From positions 7,630 to 71,629 of the forward strand of contig PMIP01000093.1 in NCBI GenBank assembly GCA_003158295.1: a stretch of 64,000 nt of DNA. The letters are read 5' to 3'. Below are positions 58,916-64,000 of the stretch, one piece after another. A program made the position numbers and the translations under genes. The notes below the pieces were generated by a model. That model was not told the origin of the DNA, searched no databases, and was given only the letters and a program-made list of their open reading frames with translations. How positions within the stretch are numbered: the stretch's first letter is position 1; every line of letters starts with the position of its first letter. Source of the DNA: Chloroflexota bacterium. GTDB lineage: Bacteria > Chloroflexota > Limnocylindria > Limnocylindrales > CSP1-4.

Positions 58916-59874
58916 CGATGCACCAGATATTCGAACACGCTTTCGAGCGACTCGTCGGCCGGTGAGACTTCGGTCAAGCGGACGCCGGCGCGCAGGCTGG
59001 CCTCGGCGATGATCCGACGGAAGGCAGAGAGGTGAGCGGTTTGCACCGACACCGCGTTCTGCTGCAGCTCGACTGCGAAGACGGCCGGGTGGGCGATTAG
59101 GACCGTCGCCAGCTTGCGATCGTCACTGGAACGGATCGTGATCATGTGCGGGCGATCGGTCATGAGCGCTCGGATGGCCCGGAAGTCGCCCGAGGCGGCA
59201 AGCCGGCCGGCCACCATCACGAGAATCTCTGTGCCGATCCGCTCCACCTCCTCGAGAATGTGCGAGGAGAAGAGGATCGTCCGGCCCGCGGCCGCCATCT
59301 CGCCCAACAGGTCCATCATGGCCAGCCGCTGGCGAGGGTCCATGCCGTTGAAGGGCTCGTCGAGGAGCAGCACCTGCGGGTCGTGGACCAGTGCGCCCGC
59401 CACCTTGGCTCGCTGTCGCATTCCCTTCGAGTACGTGCCGATGGCACGATCCGCGGCGTCCTGGAGGCCCACCCGCTCGATTGCGACCCGGGAGGCGGCG
59501 TCGGCGTCGCGCATGCCCTGGAGCCGGGCGTTGAAGCGAACGTATTCGAAGCCGGTCAGGAAGCCGTAGACCGATTCGCGCTCGGGAACCAGCCCGATCC
59601 GGCGGTAGACGGAAGGATCACTGCTTGGGCTGAGACCAAGTACGCGGACGGTGCCGGCCGACGGTGCCAGGAAGCCGGCCAGCATGTGGAGCAGGGTCGT
59701 CTTGCCGGCTCCGTTCGGCCCGAGGAGTCCGGTGATCCCCGGTCCGAGGCTGAACGTGATGTCGTTGACGGCAACCACGTTGCCGTACCACCGGGCCACG
59801 TTGACCAGCTCGATCGCCGGAGTCTCCGGAGCGATGTCCACGGGCGGCGAGTCCACTACAGGCGGGGTGGTCAT
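58912..59874 (-). CDS. ABC transporter ATP-binding protein
   Basis: Internal ATG of track ORF 58912..60063. Walker A GPNGAGKTT, signature YSKGMRQR and Walker B LLLDEP. Confidence 0.9.
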   Translation of the reverse strand: MTTPPVVDSPPVDIAPETPAIELVNVARWYGNVVAVNDITFSLGPGITGLLGPNGAGKTTLLHMLAGFLAPSAGTVRVLGLSPSSDPSVYRRIGLVPERESVYGFLTGFEYVRFNARLQGMRDADAASRVAIERVGLQDAADRAIGTYSKGMRQRAKVAGALVHDPQVLLLDEPFNGMDPRQRLAMMDLLGEMAAAGRTILFSSHILEEVERIGTEILVMVAGRLAASGDFRAIRALMTDRPHMITIRSSDDRKLATVLIAHPAVFAVELQQNAVSVQTAHLSAFRRIIAEASLRAGVRLTEVSPADESLESVFEYLVHR

Positions 59875-60796
59875 GCCGCGATCCTCCTGTAGCGCCAGAC
59901 GAGGATCCCGGTGAAGAGCAGCGTGCTGACTAGGCCGGCGAGAACGTAGGCACCGGCGCCGATGCTCGACGGGAAGTCCGCAGGTATTGGAGTTCCGAAG
60001 AACCAATCGTTGGCCCGGGTCAATCCGGTGATCGGTGTTAGCAGGGGGAGAACGTCCACCCACTTGGCTCCCGCTTCATGGCCGATGCCGTAGATCACGA
60101 TCGGCACGAACTCCACGAGCAGGAAGTACGCGAGCACGCCGACAGCGGCGTACGCGCGCCGCGGCGAGTACGAGGAGAGCGCCAGCGCGATCGACGCCAT
60201 GCTCGCGGCGATGAGGAGGTTCGAAGGGATGCTCGGCAGCGCCTTGGGCCATTCGCTCCCGACGGCCTTGAACGCGTCTGTGCCCATGAGGATGTCGCCG
60301 ATGAAGAGCGCGATCACCGGAACCATCAGAACCAGGAAGAGCGCAGTGGCCAGGGACAGGAGCCTGGCCATCGCATAGTCGGACCTGCCCATGGCCCTGG
60401 TGAAGTACAGAGGCAGGACCTGGTAGCGCTGATCCCGGCATACGACTTCGGGCGCCTGGGCGACCAGGAACAGGACTATGAACGTGCCTATCCCTCCGAA
60501 GTAGTTGGCGTAGTTGGGGAGGTCCGCCGGATTCGTGGCGCCCGAGGCGATGGACTTCGAGAGGCTCGCCGAGAAGGCCAGCACGATGACCGCGGGCAGG
60601 GCATACAGGCCGGCCAGGATGAAGGGAGCGGCCTTGGCGCTCACCGGCCGCCCGAAGCCCCAGATCCCTCGCAAGCTATCCACGTACAGAGACCAGGCCG
60701 CGAACCACCGGCCATGACGCTTGCCCTCGTAGTGCCGGTAGCCAAGGTCGTAGATGCTGCCGGCCGGAGAGCTGGCGGCGGAGGGATTGCCGGCGT

Positions 60797-60800
<4 letters not shown>
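59871..60800 (-). CDS. ABC-2 type transporter permease
   Basis: GTG 60800 makes a GTGA overlap with the upstream ATPase stop, internal to track ORF 59871..61118. About six TM. Confidence 0.7.
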
Positions 60801-61717
<917 letters not shown>

Positions 61718-61848
61718 CAGACTGGCTCATGCCCCCTGAGGGAGTCGTGCCAGCATGATACCCGGCCGAGGCGGGGCGCGCTCCGCGTGCTCCTCCAGGC
61801 CGGGGCGGGCAGCCGCGCGACGCGGCGCGCTCGCCCGGCCGCCCGGAC

Positions 61849-63267
61849 GTGCCTCCGCGTGCCCATCGCCCGACCTACACTGGCGCCACGATGGAAGACC
61901 GAAGCGTAGCCCGCCATCTCGGCGGTGCGGAGCTCTGGGCGCGCGTGGACGGTACAGCCGGGTTGCCCGGCCTCGTCCCGCTGCCGATCGAGCAGGAGAC
62001 CCGGACCCCCAACGAGGCCGCGGACGCAGCGCGCCGGCCCCCCGGTCCGGACCTGCCCGCCGTGGCTTTCATCTCCGGCTGGGAGGACGGCGAGCCGTTC
62101 TGCGCGACGATCTGCTCAACCGACGTCGGCGTCGAGTTCTGCCGGGGCTGCTCGGCTGGGCTCGCGGCGCGAGTACTGGCCACGGGGCGTGCCGCGCACG
62201 ACCGCTGCCAGGCGGGCGGCCGGCTCCTGGGTTTTCCGGCACCGCGAGGATCGCGCATCACGGCCGCGATCTTGCGGGTCGGCCCGCCCAAACCTCGAGA
62301 CGCGGCCCTCGTAGCCGACAGGGCGCGAGTGGCACCAGAAGCCCTGCGACGGGCCGCCCGCCAGTCGCCGCCCCCGAACGCTCGGGCGGCGCTCGAGGCG
62401 GCGCGGATACTGCGGGACCCCGCCCTGCTGCTGGAGTGGCAGATCCAGCAGAGGCTGCGTGGCTCCGAGTGGCGGCGAACGGCGACTGCGGCCCTGGCCC
62501 AGATCGTGGCCACGGCCGAGGAGTTCTACGAGCTGTACCGCGACTCTCTGCGGCAGCGCCGCGAGCTCGAGCGCAACCAGCGGCGCCTGGACCGCCTGGC
62601 TCGTCAGATCCTCCGGGCGAGCGAGCTCGAACGGGCACGCATCGCCCACCAGATCCACGACACGGCCGCTCAATCGATGGTGAGCGCCTTCCGATTCCTC
62701 GACGCCGCCCGAGCGCTCGCCAGGCAGCATCCCGGCGAGTCCGTGGAGAGCTATCTGGAGTCCGCCTCGGACCGCCTCGTCGTCGCCATCAAGGAGGTCC
62801 GCACGGTTCTGGCCGACCTGGTCCCGCCGGGGATCGAGGAACTCGGCCTCGCCCATGCCATCAGCACTCGGATGGCGGCGCTGGCGGAAGAATCGGGCAT
62901 GGACATGACCTTCGAAGGCGACCTGCCGCGGCTCGACGATTGGGTGGAGCAGGCGCTCTACGGGATGAGCGTCGAGGCTCTGACGAACGCCGTGAGGCAT
63001 TCACAGGCCCAATCCATTCGTGCCGAGCTCAAGGTCACGCGGGGACGAGCCATCGTTACGGTGCAGGACGACGGCCTGGGGTTCGATCCGGCGGCGGCGG
63101 AGCGCCGGCGAGCCCGCGGCGGCCTGGGTCTGCTAGGCATCAACCGACAGGCGCGCTGGCTCGGCGGGGCCGCTTCGGTCCGGAGCCGGCCCGGCGCAGG
63201 AACCGTGGTCAGAATCTCGATACCGATCGCCCGGCATGTGAGCACACGGGCGGGCCGCGCATCATGA
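61849..63267 (+). CDS. Cytoplasmic sensor histidine kinase (HisKA_3 + HATPase_c) with a Cys-rich N-terminal sensor domain
   Basis: H-box ELERARIAHQIHDTAAQ, N-box EALTNAVRH and G-box GGLGLLG. No TM helix seen. ATG 61891 is an alternative start to GTG 61849. Confidence 0.85.
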   Translation: MPPRAHRPTYTGATMEDRSVARHLGGAELWARVDGTAGLPGLVPLPIEQETRTPNEAADAARRPPGPDLPAVAFISGWEDGEPFCATICSTDVGVEFCRGCSAGLAARVLATGRAAHDRCQAGGRLLGFPAPRGSRITAAILRVGPPKPRDAALVADRARVAPEALRRAARQSPPPNARAALEAARILRDPALLLEWQIQQRLRGSEWRRTATAALAQIVATAEEFYELYRDSLRQRRELERNQRRLDRLARQILRASELERARIAHQIHDTAAQSMVSAFRFLDAARALARQHPGESVESYLESASDRLVVAIKEVRTVLADLVPPGIEELGLAHAISTRMAALAEESGMDMTFEGDLPRLDDWVEQALYGMSVEALTNAVRHSQAQSIRAELKVTRGRAIVTVQDDGLGFDPAAAERRRARGGLGLLGINRQARWLGGAASVRSRPGAGTVVRISIPIARHVSTRAGRAS

Positions 63268-63959
63268 CGGCAGACGGAGGGCAGAGCGTGAACGAGCGCA
63301 CGCGCGTACTCCTCATCGACGATCACGAGATGGCTCGCCGAGGTCTCCGCGCGATGCTCTCCGCGGCCGACTGGATAGAGGTCGTAGGCGAGGGCGATTC
63401 CTGCCAGGCCGGACTGAACCTGGCACAGAGTCTCCAGCCCGACGTGGTGTTGCTCGACATCCGCATGCCCGGGATGGACGGGCTGGCCTGCCTCGAGAGA
63501 ATCAAAGCCGCCAACTCGCGAATCGCCGTCATCATCGTGACCCTGTACGACGACCACCACTACGTGCTGGAGGCGATCCGTCGCGGCGCCTCGGGCTACC
63601 TTCTCAAGGATGCGAGCACAGCGGACGTCATTCAGACCCTCCGTAACGTGGCCGACGGCCAGTTGGCGGTGGAACCGCAGTTGCTGCGCGAGGCCCTGGC
63701 GACACGCGGCCAGCCGGGGCTGCCGGGCGAGTCGGCACGCCAGCGAGCAGAGCAGTACGCCCTCACCCCGCGCGAGCACGACGTTCTCCTCCTCGTCGCC
63801 GAGGGCCTGACGAACAAGGAGATCGGTGGGCGCCTTTCGATCAGCGAGGATACGGTCAAGAAGCACGTCCAGAACATCATCTGGAAGCTGCGGGCCGTGG
63901 ATCGAACACAGGCTGCCATCATGGCCTTCAGGCTCGGCCTTCTCGATCCATCCGCCTGA
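63264..63959 (+). CDS. NarL/LuxR-family response regulator
   Basis: ATGA overlap with the kinase stop; tail of shadow ORF 61755..63959. VLLIDDHEMARRGL, LLDIRMPGMDG and the C-terminal TNKEIGGRLSISEDTVKKHVQNIIWKL. Confidence 0.9.
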   Translation: MTADGGQSVNERTRVLLIDDHEMARRGLRAMLSAADWIEVVGEGDSCQAGLNLAQSLQPDVVLLDIRMPGMDGLACLERIKAANSRIAVIIVTLYDDHHYVLEAIRRGASGYLLKDASTADVIQTLRNVADGQLAVEPQLLREALATRGQPGLPGESARQRAEQYALTPREHDVLLLVAEGLTNKEIGGRLSISEDTVKKHVQNIIWKLRAVDRTQAAIMAFRLGLLDPSA

Positions 63960-64000
63960 GCTGCTCGGCCTCCCGCGCCGACGGGCTCGACGGGTCGTCC

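Noticed and set aside
61755-63263. First ~500 codons of the 734-aa ORF 61755..63959
   Set aside because: It is an Arg/Pro/Gly-rich alternative frame over the histidine kinase. Only the tail from ATG 63264 is the LuxR-type regulator.

Overview
High-GC (about two-thirds G+C by eye) bacterial chromosomal segment. It is densely coding: about 70 CDS, many joined by ATGA/GTGA stop-start overlaps. I recognised no rRNA, tRNA, CRISPR array, transposase or integrase. The GC content fills the six-frame track with long Arg/Pro/Gly-rich shadow ORFs. I therefore called genes only from recognisable family motifs, RBS placement and translational coupling, and trimmed several track ORFs to internal starts.

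Blocks:
- (1) 0-2.3 kb: aminotransferase fragment, ECF sigma fused to a ZAS anti-sigma domain, DUF2892, methyltransferase.
- (2) 2.4-11 kb: operon arsR-tusA-mvhD-like-hdrA(with NfnB/GltD-like insertion)-hdrA-small winged-helix protein-QmoC-like-rhodanese-NifX-like.
- (3) 11.2-17.7 kb: thiol/sulfur-carrier genes. These are hemerythrin; a DUF302-Grx-rhodanese-methyltransferase-OsmC-ICMT operon; TauE-DUF1634; and arsR-dsrE-tusA-dsrE.
- (4) 17.9-23.2 kb: hypA-F-C-D-E, with no hypB and no hydrogenase structural genes in the window.
- (5) 23.5-25.7 kb: tandem-GNAT MshD-like protein and an AmmeMemoRadiSam-type radical SAM enzyme.
- (6) 25.9-34.4 kb: four-subunit 2-oxoacid:ferredoxin oxidoreductase, a GT87-like membrane protein, and a split pyruvate:ferredoxin oxidoreductase. 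Its first subunit carries an N-terminal receiver-like domain, and a CBS-pair gene sits between the two halves.
- (7) 34.8-37.4 kb: tandem CoA-transferase paralogs.
- (8) 37.8-40.7 kb: DevR/DevS-like two-component system plus USP.
- (9) 40.7-52.5 kb: immunity-like orphan, two-subunit CoA-transferase, GabT-like aminotransferase, ECF sigma/anti-sigma pair, cupin, P5C dehydrogenase, etfBA, long acyl-CoA dehydrogenase.
- (10) 52.6-58.1 kb: lipoproteins, S8 protease, FabI, VanZ.
- (11) 58.1-64 kb: (ATPase-permease)x2 ABC-2 transporter and a HisKA_3 kinase/LuxR regulator pair.

Best candidates for undescribed biology:
- The Qmo-like HdrA/HdrA/MvhD/QmoC complex embedded between sulfur-carrier genes, with no AprAB or HdrBC partner.
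- The receiver-domain/CBS-associated split PFOR.

Taxon cannot be fixed without a search. MshD-like, DevRS-like and ZAS features look actinobacterial. All family assignments are by eye from motifs, not from database hits.
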